Positions 9,873-19,166 of a stretch of 64,000 bases of DNA are shown here, piece after piece. Source of the DNA: Gammaproteobacteria bacterium. Lineage in GTDB: Bacteria > Pseudomonadota > Gammaproteobacteria > JASBUN01. The stretch spans positions 7,717-71,716 of the forward strand of contig JARRNJ010000007.1 of the NCBI GenBank assembly GCA_037385045.1, read 5' to 3'. A program made the translations under genes and the position numbers. Positions within the stretch are counted from its first letter, which is position 1. Every line of letters starts with the position of its first letter. Below the pieces are notes generated by a model. That model saw only the letters and a program-made list of their open reading frames with translations, was not told the origin of the DNA and searched no databases.

Positions 9873-11012
9873 TTATGCCCGGAAGCGGAGCACTAGGTCC
9901 ACTGCCGTATCCAACTGCCGGCGCTGGATATAGAAATGGGGCGAGAAGCGGATGCCGCCGCCGCGTTGGGCGCACATGACGCCGCGCTCCTGCAGATAAG
10001 CGTACAGCACCGCGGGGTCGGCGGTGCGGTGGCGGAAGGTGACAATCCCGGCGAGGCGGGCTTCGGGGCCTTGGGTGACAGGCTGCAGCGTGTCACTGTG
10101 TTTGTGGATTTTTTCCAACAGATAAATCGAGTGTTCCCGCACTTTGCGGCTGACGGTCTCGATTCCGACCTCCTGCAGCACCGATAGGCTGGCGTGCAGC
10201 GCATGGATGCCGAGCATGTTGGGGCTGCCGCATTCGAAGCGCCGGGCCGACGTCGCCGGCTGCCACTCGTCGCGGTCGAAGTCGCCGCAATGCTCGACCA
10301 TGTGCCAGCCGAACTGGCGCAGGGTGAGGTGTTCGCGCGCTTCGGGGCGTGTGTAGAACAGCGCCACACCTTCCGGACCCATCATCCACTTGTGTCCATC
10401 GGCAACCACGAAGTCAGCAGCGGCGCTTTGGACGTCGAAGGGAACGGCGCCCAGGGATTGAATCGCGTCGACGCAAAACAGTACCCCACTGCTGCGGCAG
10501 ACGTTTCCAAGTTCCTCGAGGTTCAGGCGCAGGCCGGTCGCGTAGTGGACCGAGCTGACCGACAGCAGGCGGGTGCGCCCGTCGATGCGGGCGGCAATGG
10601 CCGCCTCGGGGGTTTCGGCGGCCGCGATGTCGACCTGGCGCACTTCCACCCCCATGGGCGCCAGCGACTCCCATACAATGCGGTTGGACGGGAATTCGTG
10701 CGCGGGGATGACGACGTTGTCCCCGCTCTTCCATTCCAGGCCATGGGCGACCACCGACAGCCCTTCCGAGGTGCTCTTCAACAGTGCGATGTCGTCCGCC
10801 GAAGGGGCGTTGATCAGCCAGCGCAGCTGCTCACGCAGCTGCGTCTCCACCGACAGCCACTTCAGATAGCCTTGCGAACCGTGCAGAAGATTGTCCTTGG
10901 CGAACGATCGCACCGCGTCCGTGGTGCACAGCGGCCACGGCGACACCGCCGCGTGGTTGAGGTAGATGAGGCCGTCCTCAAGCCGGAATTCAGAATTCCA
11001 GGAAGCGGTCAT
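9873..11012 (-). CDS. class-V aminotransferase (cysteine desulfurase / selenocysteine lyase-like)
   Basis: LNHAAVSPWP near the N-terminus and a PLP-lysine context VVADGHKWMMGPEGVALFY. ATG at 11012 (MTASWNSEF) is preferred over the Arg-rich extension to 11111. Confidence 0.8.
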   Translation of the reverse strand: MTASWNSEFRLEDGLIYLNHAAVSPWPLCTTDAVRSFAKDNLLHGSQGYLKWLSVETQLREQLRWLINAPSADDIALLKSTSEGLSVVAHGLEWKSGDNVVIPAHEFPSNRIVWESLAPMGVEVRQVDIAAAETPEAAIAARIDGRTRLLSVSSVHYATGLRLNLEELGNVCRSSGVLFCVDAIQSLGAVPFDVQSAAADFVVADGHKWMMGPEGVALFYTRPEAREHLTLRQFGWHMVEHCGDFDRDEWQPATSARRFECGSPNMLGIHALHASLSVLQEVGIETVSRKVREHSIYLLEKIHKHSDTLQPVTQGPEARLAGIVTFRHRTADPAVLYAYLQERGVMCAQRGGGIRFSPHFYIQRRQLDTAVDLVLRFRA

Positions 11013-11167
11013 TGCGGTTCCTTGATTTCTTTCCAGGCGCGCTGTGGTGCGACGCCTACGCCATGCCGCCAACGATCTTGTAGCGGCGCACGGAACTGCA
11101 GAGCGTATCAATATCCAGTGCGGTTATACACCCCGCGGCCGTGGGTGGTTTGCCGCGGCGTGCCGGA

Positions 11168-11707
11168 TCAGCGCCTCAACGCGGCCGCTACCAGTTTGTG
11201 GGCCACGTCATGATAGGTGGCGGCGAGGAGAGCGAGCGAGCGTTCGTTGCGGTAGGAGGCCGAGGAAACGACTCTCCCGTCCGAGACTGCGATGAATTGC
11301 ATCGTGGCAGTGGCGACCTTGTAGCCGGGCACACCGCGCATTTCGTCGATTACGGTCTGGCCTCCGTCCATGGGCGTGACCGATCCGACGACAACCGTGT
11401 CGGCGCCCAATTTCCTTCCCAGCTGAAGGATGCGTTTGCGGTACGCGTTGGAGGTGAAGTCGGCGTTGCCGAGCTTTTCGTGCTTCAGGAGCAGGACCAC
11501 CGTTTGCTTGGGAATTACATCGGCTCCCTGTTGCAGCAGTTCGTAATTGATGCGATCGGCGAACAATTCGCCGTGAGGTCCGGAGAAGGGCAACACGGCG
11601 ACCGTCGCCAACGACGCGGCTCTGACCGGCTGGGAAACGCGGGCGGCGTCGCGGGCGCAGCCCGCGACGAGCGCCAGCGCGAGCATAACCATCACCAGTT
11701 TGCGCAT
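11168..11707 (-). CDS. putative lipoprotein, function unknown
   Basis: MRKLVMVMLALALVAGC has signal peptide plus lipobox features. The mature part (VAVLPFSGP..) is vaguely CsgG/LpoB-like. The start was chosen at the lipoprotein signal. Confidence 0.6.
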   Translation of the reverse strand: MRKLVMVMLALALVAGCARDAARVSQPVRAASLATVAVLPFSGPHGELFADRINYELLQQGADVIPKQTVVLLLKHEKLGNADFTSNAYRKRILQLGRKLGADTVVVGSVTPMDGGQTVIDEMRGVPGYKVATATMQFIAVSDGRVVSSASYRNERSLALLAATYHDVAHKLVAAALRR

Positions 11708-11815
11708 CGCCTTGGCTCCACGACCTGAATCGGATGCAATGATAGTAGCACCACCCCGCGGGGCCGTCACCGCTCGGGAGCGTGCCGGGGAACGGGTAGT
11801 GCGGACGGCGCTGGG

Positions 11816-12550
11816 CTAGCGGATTTCGGTCTTGTAGCTGAACTTGTCGGCGCGGCCCTTGGTGGTGCGCACTTCGATGATCCGGTCGCCGGTGGTATGG
11901 GTGACGCGCTTCAATACCACCACCGGTGTGCCGGGGGCGATATTGAGCTTGGCGGCGGTTTTCCTGTCGGCCGCTTCGGCGGTGAGCGTCTCCTCCGCGC
12001 GGACCACAGGCACATTGAACTTTTCCACGATCAGGGCATAGAGCAGGTCGGGAATATGAATGTCCTCGTTCTCCAGTCCAGGCACTACGTCGGCGCGCCA
12101 GTGGCAGTATTCCACCAAAACCGGCTTCTTGCGCACGTAGCCGATGCGCTCGATGAACAGTATTTCGCTCTTGGGCGCAACGCCCAGGCGCTCACAGATG
12201 TCGGGGCTGCCGGACTCCAGCCGGCGGATCGTCGTCTCCTTGTGAATGCGCACGCCCTTGCCTTCGGCGTCGCCGTAGGAGAAGAAGCGGAACAGGCTGT
12301 TGTTGAAATCGATGCGGGATACGTAGGTACCTTTGCCCTGGTGGCGGAACAGCACCCGCTGCCAGACCAGGTTGTCAATGGCTTTCTTCACCGTTCCCTG
12401 GCTGACGCCGAGCGCCTTCGCCAACTGCGGCTCCGACGGGACCAGGTCGCCGGGGATCAGTTCGCCCGAGTCGATCAGTTCGCGAATGTGTTCCTCGACC
12501 ACCTGGTACAAGGGTTTGGTCTGGATGGGGCTGGGCGGCGGCCGAGTCAT
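11816..12550 (-). CDS. GntR-family transcriptional regulator, HutC subfamily (UTRA effector domain)
   Basis: The wHTH segment LVPSEPQLAKALGVSQGTVKKAIDNLVWQRVLFRHQGKGTYV is followed by a UTRA-like C-terminus. Divergent from the tct genes. Confidence 0.85.
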   Translation of the reverse strand: MTRPPPSPIQTKPLYQVVEEHIRELIDSGELIPGDLVPSEPQLAKALGVSQGTVKKAIDNLVWQRVLFRHQGKGTYVSRIDFNNSLFRFFSYGDAEGKGVRIHKETTIRRLESGSPDICERLGVAPKSEILFIERIGYVRKKPVLVEYCHWRADVVPGLENEDIHIPDLLYALIVEKFNVPVVRAEETLTAEAADRKTAAKLNIAPGTPVVVLKRVTHTTGDRIIEVRTTKGRADKFSYKTEIR

Positions 12551-12775
12551 CGCAAATCTCCGTCTGGGGGCGCGGTGCTTCCGCTGGCCGCCGTGCGGCC
12601 GCTTCGATTCAAGACTGAGGGGGGATACCGATCGGGGGCGAGCGCCGTGACCGCGGGCGCACCTTGCGCGCGCCTCTGCCCGTGACCGAGTAATTTTCCT
12701 GAATCAATGGCTTCCATGCGTTGCTATTGTATCCACATGGCGAGTGTCGCTACAGCATCCCCCACACAGTGTAAC

Positions 12776-12858
12776 TTGACAAGCCTCGATGAGCCTGTTT
12801 AATTCAGCAAGGGACAGAAATAACTCATATAGATCAGTTGTCCTTACTATAGCACAAC
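12776..12858 (+). promoter_or_regulatory. candidate sigma-70 promoter plus imperfect dyad (possible GntR operator) upstream of tctA
   Basis: TTGACA (12776-12781), a 17-nt spacer, then TTAATT (12799-12804). Dyad GTTGTCCT-TACTAT-AGCACAAC at 12837-12858 matches 7 of 8 arm positions. Located in an AT-rich 384-bp divergent intergenic region. Confidence 0.3.
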
Positions 12859-12934
12859 AATCATAAGCGCCACGCTACCGTTTCCTGCGCATACTCAAAC
12901 CAACGGGGCAAGTGGCAAGAGGAGTCGATCGCCG

Positions 12935-14455
12935 ATGGAGTTCCTGCATTATCTGCCGGATGCCTTGTCCGGCTGGAATCTGTTGATCCTGTGCCTGGGC
13001 ACGGTGGGAGGGCTGGTGCTGGGGGCGACGCCCGGACTGAGTCCCACCATGGCGGTCGCACTGCTGATTCCGTTCACGTTCCAGATGCCGGCGGATTCCG
13101 GATTGATTTTGCTCGGGTCCGTATACACGGCCACGGTCGCCGGGGGTGCGGTCAGCGCCATTCTGGTCAACATTCCCGGCGCCCCGGCCAACATCGCCAC
13201 GGTGCTGGACGGCCACCCGATGGCCAAGTCCGGCCGCGCCACAGAGGCGTTGCACTACTGTTTCATCAGTTCGCTCATCGGCGGAATCCTGGGCGTACTG
13301 GTGTTGATCTTCTTCACGCCCGTGCTGGCGAACTTTGCGTTGAGTTTCGGGCCCTCGGAGTTGTTCTGGATCGCGATCCTCGGGGTGACCGTGATCGGGT
13401 CGCTGGGTTCGAAGTCGGTGCTGAAGGGGCTGTTTGCCGGCGCGGTGGGCTTATGGCTCTCGACCATCGGCTATGACCCGGTCTTGGGTGAACAGCGGTT
13501 CGTGTTCACCTCCGCCTTGACGGGTGGCATCAATATCATTGCCGCGCTGATCGGCCTGTTCGCCATTCCCCAGGTGCTGGGCATGTTGGAGGATGCGGCC
13601 GGCGGCAAAAGCGGTGTGATGTACGATATGGAAAAGCGCAGCGTCTTTACCTCACTGCGCTACAACGTCCGTCGCCTGCGCGCCCTGACAGTGGGCAGCA
13701 TCACCGGCATTATCGTCGGCCTGATACCGGGCGCCGGGGGACAGATCGCGGGATTGATCTCTTACGACCAGGCGAAAAAATTCAGCCGCGATCCCAGCCG
13801 CTTCGGCACCGGCGAGCCGGACGGGGTGATCGCCGCCGAATCGGCCAACAACGCCATGGTCGGTCCGTCCCTGGTGCCGTTGCTGACCTTGAGTGTTCCC
13901 GGCAGCCCGACCGCGGCGGTGCTGCTGGGCGGGCTGCTGATTCACGGGTTGTTTCCCGGGCCCAACCTTTTCACCACGCACGCCAAAGTGACCTGGACCT
14001 TCATCGATTCCCTGTTGCTGGGCCAGATCCTGATGGCGGTGTTCGGGCTGTGGATCAGCCGCTACAGCCGCTTCGTGACGCGTATTCCCAACAATTTCAT
14101 GGCCGCGGCGGTGACCGTCCTGGCGGTGTTCGGGACCTACAGTGTCCAGAACAACTTCGACGACGTGATGGTCATGATGACCCTGGGCACGGCGATGTAT
14201 TTTGCCATGAAGCTGGGTTTCAGCCCGGCGCCGGTGGTGCTGGGTATCATTCTGGGTCCGATCGCCGAAACCAACTTTGCCCAGGGGCGCCTGATCGCGG
14301 ACAGCGGCGCAGGGATGATGCCCTATTTCTTCACCGGCACCATGAACATCATCCTCATAGCGCTGTGCGTGGCCTCGGTCGGCTACAGTATCTATGTGGA
14401 GATACGATCGATCAGGCGGCGCAAGAAAGGAGCATCCCAATGGCAAGGCGCTTGA
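12935..14455 (+). CDS. tctA: tripartite tricarboxylate transporter large permease TctA
   Basis: 506-aa polytopic membrane protein with typical TctA segments (PGLSPTMAVALLIPFTF, GGAVSAILVNIPGAPAN, LTLSVPGSPTAAVLLGGL). Confidence 0.9.
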   Translation: MEFLHYLPDALSGWNLLILCLGTVGGLVLGATPGLSPTMAVALLIPFTFQMPADSGLILLGSVYTATVAGGAVSAILVNIPGAPANIATVLDGHPMAKSGRATEALHYCFISSLIGGILGVLVLIFFTPVLANFALSFGPSELFWIAILGVTVIGSLGSKSVLKGLFAGAVGLWLSTIGYDPVLGEQRFVFTSALTGGINIIAALIGLFAIPQVLGMLEDAAGGKSGVMYDMEKRSVFTSLRYNVRRLRALTVGSITGIIVGLIPGAGGQIAGLISYDQAKKFSRDPSRFGTGEPDGVIAAESANNAMVGPSLVPLLTLSVPGSPTAAVLLGGLLIHGLFPGPNLFTTHAKVTWTFIDSLLLGQILMAVFGLWISRYSRFVTRIPNNFMAAAVTVLAVFGTYSVQNNFDDVMVMMTLGTAMYFAMKLGFSPAPVVLGIILGPIAETNFAQGRLIADSGAGMMPYFFTGTMNIILIALCVASVGYSIYVEIRSIRRRKKGASQWQGA

Positions 14456-14883
14456 CCGCAATCGGCGCGATCGCGCTCAGCATATTCCTGTACTGGGCGG
14501 CGGCGTCGGCTGAAGACCAGGCCGCCTACCTGTTCCCCAAGGTGATCGCCGCCTCGATGCTGGTGTTGGCGGTTGCGATTCTGATCCGTGAGTGGGCGCC
14601 GCGGGTTGGTGCCGATGCCGCGGCCGTGGTGTCGGTGCCGTGGGTCCGACTGTGGCCCATATTCGCGATTTTCGTGCTGTACCTGTTGGCGGCGCAGCAG
14701 TTGGGATTCTACGCTACGTCATTGCTGGCGTTTATTGCCATCGGCGTGGTCTACTCGCCGTCGGAGAGCAGCTTCGGCGACATCAAGCGTTGCGTGCCCA
14801 TATCTTTGGTTTTTCTTGCCGTGTTGTATCTGGTGTTCGTTGTACTGTTGCAGGTCCAGACCCCTCGCGGGCTGTTGTTCTGA
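14440..14883 (+). CDS. tctB: tripartite tricarboxylate transporter small permease TctB
   Basis: 147-aa four-TM protein MARRLTAIGAIALSIFLYW... ATG at 14440 follows AAAGGAG and overlaps the tctA stop by 16 nt. Confidence 0.7.
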   Translation: MARRLTAIGAIALSIFLYWAAASAEDQAAYLFPKVIAASMLVLAVAILIREWAPRVGADAAAVVSVPWVRLWPIFAIFVLYLLAAQQLGFYATSLLAFIAIGVVYSPSESSFGDIKRCVPISLVFLAVLYLVFVVLLQVQTPRGLLF

Positions 14884-14971
14884 GCCGGACGACGAACTGA
14901 TTTTGCCAGGGAAGCGAAGGACGTCATGGACGTGTTACACAAACGCCACAAGGCGGAGGAGGAGAGAGAAA

Positions 14972-15958
14972 ATGAAAAATAACGTATTTCGGTTCCTGAA
15001 ACGGTTCGCGTTCGTCCTGGCGGCGGGTGCGTCGCTGATGATGTCGGCCGGGGCCCATGCCGGGAATTATCCGGACCGGCCTTTGAGTCTAATGGTGGCT
15101 TACTCGCCCGGCGGTGCAACCGACTTCCAGGCGCGCATCGTCACCATGATGGCGGCCAAATACCTGGGTGAACCGATCGTCATCATCAACAAGCCCGGCG
15201 CCGGCGGCCAGGTCGGGTGGAATTGGTTCGCCAGCCAGGCCAAGCACAACGGCTATGAGCTGGGCGCTTACAACCTGCCGCATGTTATTTCCCAGTCGAT
15301 CGTCTTCGACACCAAGTACAACATCCACAACCTGGAGCCGATCGCCAACTGGGGTGCCGACCCTGCCGTGTTGATCGTGAACAAGAGCAGTCCGTTCAAC
15401 AACGTCAAGGAGTTCGTTGCCTACGCCAAGAAGCATCCGGGCAAGATCACCGTGTCGGGCGCCGGCCTGTTCGTGGGCCATCATATCGCCACGCTGCAGC
15501 TGGAGCGGGCGGCGGGCATCAAGCTCACCTATGTGCCCACCAAGGGCGGTGTGCCGGCCATGCAATACGTGATCGGCGGCAAAGTGATGGCCGGCTTCAA
15601 CAACCTGTCGGATGCCTACCGCAACCGCGACCGGCTCAAGATCCTGGCGGTTGCCGATACCCATCGCAACAAGGAGTTTCTGCCGAATGTGCCCACCTTC
15701 GAGGAAGAGGGCATCAACGTGGACAATTCCAGTGTCAACTTCCGCGGCATCATGGTGCCGAAGGGTACGCCGAAATCGGTGATCGACTATCTGGCGAAGA
15801 AGGTGCCGGAGATGTTCCACGACAAGAAGGTGCTGGCGAAGATGAAGGCCGGCGGCTCGCCGGTGCGGATCATGGACCGCCAGGAAGTGCTGAAGATGTG
15901 GCAACACCGCCAGGCCTACCTGACCAAGCTGCTGGCGAAGCTGCGCAAGAAGAAATAG
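14972..15958 (+). CDS. tctC: Bug/TctC-family periplasmic substrate-binding protein
   Basis: Signal peptide MKNNVFRFLKRFAFVLAAGASLMMSAGAHA, then NYPDRPLSLMVAYSPGGATDFQARI, the hallmark of the Bug family. RBS GGAGGAGGAGAG lies upstream. Confidence 0.85.
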   Translation: MKNNVFRFLKRFAFVLAAGASLMMSAGAHAGNYPDRPLSLMVAYSPGGATDFQARIVTMMAAKYLGEPIVIINKPGAGGQVGWNWFASQAKHNGYELGAYNLPHVISQSIVFDTKYNIHNLEPIANWGADPAVLIVNKSSPFNNVKEFVAYAKKHPGKITVSGAGLFVGHHIATLQLERAAGIKLTYVPTKGGVPAMQYVIGGKVMAGFNNLSDAYRNRDRLKILAVADTHRNKEFLPNVPTFEEEGINVDNSSVNFRGIMVPKGTPKSVIDYLAKKVPEMFHDKKVLAKMKAGGSPVRIMDRQEVLKMWQHRQAYLTKLLAKLRKKK

Positions 15959-15972
15959 TCCCTGCGGGGTGC

Positions 15973-16006
15973 CGGATGGCCGGGTTCGTTGCAGCCCGGC
16001 CATCCG
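15973..16006 (+). terminator. 12-bp perfect GC-rich hairpin after tctC (possible terminator, no U-tract)
   Basis: cggatggccggg (15973-15984) pairs with cccggccatccg (15995-16006) across a 10-nt loop. No T-run follows. Confidence 0.45.
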
Positions 16007-16113
16007 CTGTCAGCGGGGTTCAATTGAACATTCCGCCAGGGTATGGTACATCTTCACACATATACATGAGTTAGACGGGTGGCGGCGTCGCCATCCGTGC
16101 AGAGGCCGATACC

Positions 16114-17562
16114 ATGAAACAGGAAAGCCAGGGTGCCGCCCGCGCCGCCGATGCCGCATCGGTCGTGCGCAGCCTGGTTGAGCGGGCCCGCCGTGCACAG
16201 CGCCTTTATGAGTCGTTTTCCCAGGAGCGCGTGGACGAAGTGGTGACCGCGGTAGCCTGGGGGCTGATCAATCCGGACCACAACCGGATGTTGGCCGAAC
16301 TGGCCGTCCGTGAGACCGGACTCGGCAACGTCGAGGACAAGGTCACAAAGAATCAGCGCAAGACTTTTGGTCTGTTGCGCGATCTCAGCCGTGCGCGCTC
16401 GGTGGGCGTTATCAATGAGGATCCCGACAAGGGCTTGGTGGAAATCGCGCGGCCGGTCGGGGTCGTGGGGGCAGTGGTGCCGTCGACCAATCCGGTGGCC
16501 ACGCCGTTCAACAAGTCGCTCAATGCGCTCAAGGGGCGCAACGCCATCATTCTGTCGCCGTCGCCCAAGGGACAGGTGGTGTGCGAGCGCCTGGTGGGGA
16601 TTATCCGGGAAGAGCTGCGGCGCGTCGGCGCGCCGGAGGACCTGGTGCAACATCTGCCGGCGCCGGGATCCAAGGAAGCCACCTACGAGCTGATGCGCCA
16701 AGTGGACCTGGTGGTGGCCACCGGCTCGCAGAACAACGTGCGCGCGGCCTACTCCAGCGGCACGCCGGCGATCGGCGTCGGCGCCGGCAACGTACCGGTG
16801 ATCATTGACACGGATGCCGATCTGCAGCTGGCTGCAGCCAATATTGCCGCGTCCAAGACCTTCGACAACGCTACCAGCTGTTCCTCGGAGAACAGCCTGA
16901 CAATCGTCGATTCGGTGTACGACGACATGATCGAAGCGCTGTCCGCGCAAGGTGGCTGGCTGCTCGACCGCCAGGCCAGGCAACGTCTGCAACAGGTGAT
17001 GTGGCAAGACGGCCATCTCAATCGCAAAGTCATCGCCAAGTCGGCGGCCGAGATCTGTCAGGTTGCGGGCCTGCGGCCGCCCGGTTCGTCGCCGCCGCGG
17101 TTTCTGATGGTGGAAGAGAGCGGGGTGGGCGCCGATTTTCCGTTTTCCGATGAAAAGTTGAGCCCCGTGTTGACCGTTTATCGTGCCGGTGATTTCGCTG
17201 CCGCGTTCGACCTGGTCAGACGCATCCTCGAGTTCAAAGGCGCCGGGCATTCGGTGGGAGTCTACAGCCACAACGACAATCACATCATGCGCCTCGGGCT
17301 GGAGATGCCGGTGTGCCGGGTGATCGTCAATCAGGCCCACTGCTTCGCCACCGGCGGCAGTTTCGACAACGGGCTGCCGTTCTCCCTGTCCATGGGCTGC
17401 GGCACCTGGGGCGGCAACAGCATTTCCGACAACATGAACTACCGCCATTACCTCAACATCACGCGCATCTCCCGGACTATCCGCCACGACGAGCCGACTC
17501 AGGAGGAGTTGTTCGGCGCGTTCTGGAGTAAGTACGGGATTACGCCGCCGGGCGGGCACTGA
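16114..17562 (+). CDS. CoA-acylating aldehyde dehydrogenase (SucD/EutE/PduP clade); candidate sulfoacetaldehyde dehydrogenase (SauS-like)
   Basis: 482 aa with VPSTNPVATPFNKSLNALKGRNAIILSPSPKG and a catalytic Cys context FDNATSCSSENS. The function is inferred from adjacency to the CoA ligase and Xsc. Confidence 0.7.
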   Translation: MKQESQGAARAADAASVVRSLVERARRAQRLYESFSQERVDEVVTAVAWGLINPDHNRMLAELAVRETGLGNVEDKVTKNQRKTFGLLRDLSRARSVGVINEDPDKGLVEIARPVGVVGAVVPSTNPVATPFNKSLNALKGRNAIILSPSPKGQVVCERLVGIIREELRRVGAPEDLVQHLPAPGSKEATYELMRQVDLVVATGSQNNVRAAYSSGTPAIGVGAGNVPVIIDTDADLQLAAANIAASKTFDNATSCSSENSLTIVDSVYDDMIEALSAQGGWLLDRQARQRLQQVMWQDGHLNRKVIAKSAAEICQVAGLRPPGSSPPRFLMVEESGVGADFPFSDEKLSPVLTVYRAGDFAAAFDLVRRILEFKGAGHSVGVYSHNDNHIMRLGLEMPVCRVIVNQAHCFATGGSFDNGLPFSLSMGCGTWGGNSISDNMNYRHYLNITRISRTIRHDEPTQEELFGAFWSKYGITPPGGH

Positions 17563-17573
17563 CAGAGGGCGTT

Positions 17574-19154
17574 ATGGAAACGATTCGCAATCTGATTGAT
17601 ACATGGGCCGAAGCGGCGCCGGAGCAGGTTTTTCTGGTGGCGCCGGAAACCGGCAAGGAACTGACCGCGGGCGAGCTGCAAGAGCTGGTGCGGTTCGTCG
17701 CCGCCCGGCTGGCCGATCTGGGGTTGGAGAAGGGCGACAAGGCGGCTTTTTTGATGGACAACGGCTTGTGGACCACAGTGCTGTTCCTGGGCGCCATGTA
17801 TGCGGGGCGGGTCATCGTGCCCCTCAATGCCGTGGCCGGACCCGACCAGCTGGCCTACGTGCTGGAACATTCCGATAGCAAGGTCGTGTTCGTCAACGAG
17901 CAGTATGCCGAGAAATTCGCGCCGATCATCGATGGCGCCGCGGAGCAGGTACGGATGATCGCGGCCGACGAAGATGCCGGGCCGAATTGGCCGCAAATGA
18001 CCAACCCGACACCGGGAGACCCGTTGCCGGCGCTGGCCGCCGAGGACGAGGCGTTGATGATTTACACCTCCGGCACCACGGGGCGGCCGAAAGGCGTGCT
18101 GCTTAGCCACGCCAATGCCATTGCCGGTGGCGCCAACACCGCACGTGCCCACGACCTGACCGCGCAGGATCGTGCGCTGTGTGTGCTGCCGCTCTATCAC
18201 ATCAACGGTGAAATGGTTACTGTAATGGCCCCGCTGGTGAGTCACGGCAGTGTGGTGATGCCCCATCGGTTCAGTACGCCGCAATTCTGGGAGCTGATCA
18301 GCCGCTTTCGATGCACCTGGTTCAGCGTGGTCCCGACCATCATCGCGTATTTGTTAGAGCAGGCGGAACGCGACGGCACACCAACCGCACAGGGATTGAA
18401 CCTTCAGCAGCTGCGGTTCGGGCGGTCGGCGTCGGCGCCGCTGTCACCGGATATGCATCAAGCCTTCGAGCGGCAGTTCAACGTGCCGGTGATCGAAACC
18501 ATGGGATTGAGCGAGACGGCGGCCCAGATTCTTTCCAACCCCATGCCGCCTGCTGCGCCCAAGTATGGTTCGCCCGGCATTGCGTATGGCAACGAGGCCA
18601 AGATCGTCGATGCCGACGGCCGCGTGCTGACCGACGGCGAATCGGGTGAGCTGATGATCCGCGGCCCGAACGTGATGAAGGGCTATTACAAGAACCCGGA
18701 GGCCACGGCTAAGGCGCTGGAGCCCGACGGCTGGCTGCATACCGGCGACTTGGCGTTTCGCGACGCTGACGGCTATTACTTCATCACCGGGAGACTGAAG
18801 GAAATCATCATCAAGGGTGGGGAGAACATCGCCCCGCGGGAAATCGATGAAGTGCTGTACCAACACCCGGCGGTGCTGGAAGCGGCCGCGTTTCCCGTGC
18901 CGGACAAGCGTTACGGCCAGGAAATCATGGCCGGCGTCGTGCTCAAGCCAGAAGCTCAGTGCGACGAGGGAGAGCTGGAGACGTTTTGCGAGGGGAAGTT
19001 GGGCGGTTATAAGTGCCCAAGAAAGATCTGGCTCCTGGACACTCTGCCCAAGGGACCTTCGGGCAAGATCCAGCGTCTCAAACTGGCCGAGCTGGTGGAG
19101 CAACCGGCGAATGCCACCGCCGATAACCAACATCAAACTGCATCGTCGAATTAG
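17574..19154 (+). CDS. AMP-dependent acyl-CoA ligase; candidate sulfoacetate-CoA ligase (SauT-like)
   Basis: AMP-binding motifs IYTSGTTGRPKGVLLSH, GLSET, GWLHTGDLAF, GRLKEIIIKGGENI, GKIQR. Lies 12 nt after the aldehyde dehydrogenase gene. Confidence 0.65.
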   Translation: METIRNLIDTWAEAAPEQVFLVAPETGKELTAGELQELVRFVAARLADLGLEKGDKAAFLMDNGLWTTVLFLGAMYAGRVIVPLNAVAGPDQLAYVLEHSDSKVVFVNEQYAEKFAPIIDGAAEQVRMIAADEDAGPNWPQMTNPTPGDPLPALAAEDEALMIYTSGTTGRPKGVLLSHANAIAGGANTARAHDLTAQDRALCVLPLYHINGEMVTVMAPLVSHGSVVMPHRFSTPQFWELISRFRCTWFSVVPTIIAYLLEQAERDGTPTAQGLNLQQLRFGRSASAPLSPDMHQAFERQFNVPVIETMGLSETAAQILSNPMPPAAPKYGSPGIAYGNEAKIVDADGRVLTDGESGELMIRGPNVMKGYYKNPEATAKALEPDGWLHTGDLAFRDADGYYFITGRLKEIIIKGGENIAPREIDEVLYQHPAVLEAAAFPVPDKRYGQEIMAGVVLKPEAQCDEGELETFCEGKLGGYKCPRKIWLLDTLPKGPSGKIQRLKLAELVEQPANATADNQHQTASSN

Positions 19155-19166
19155 GAGGACAGCATA

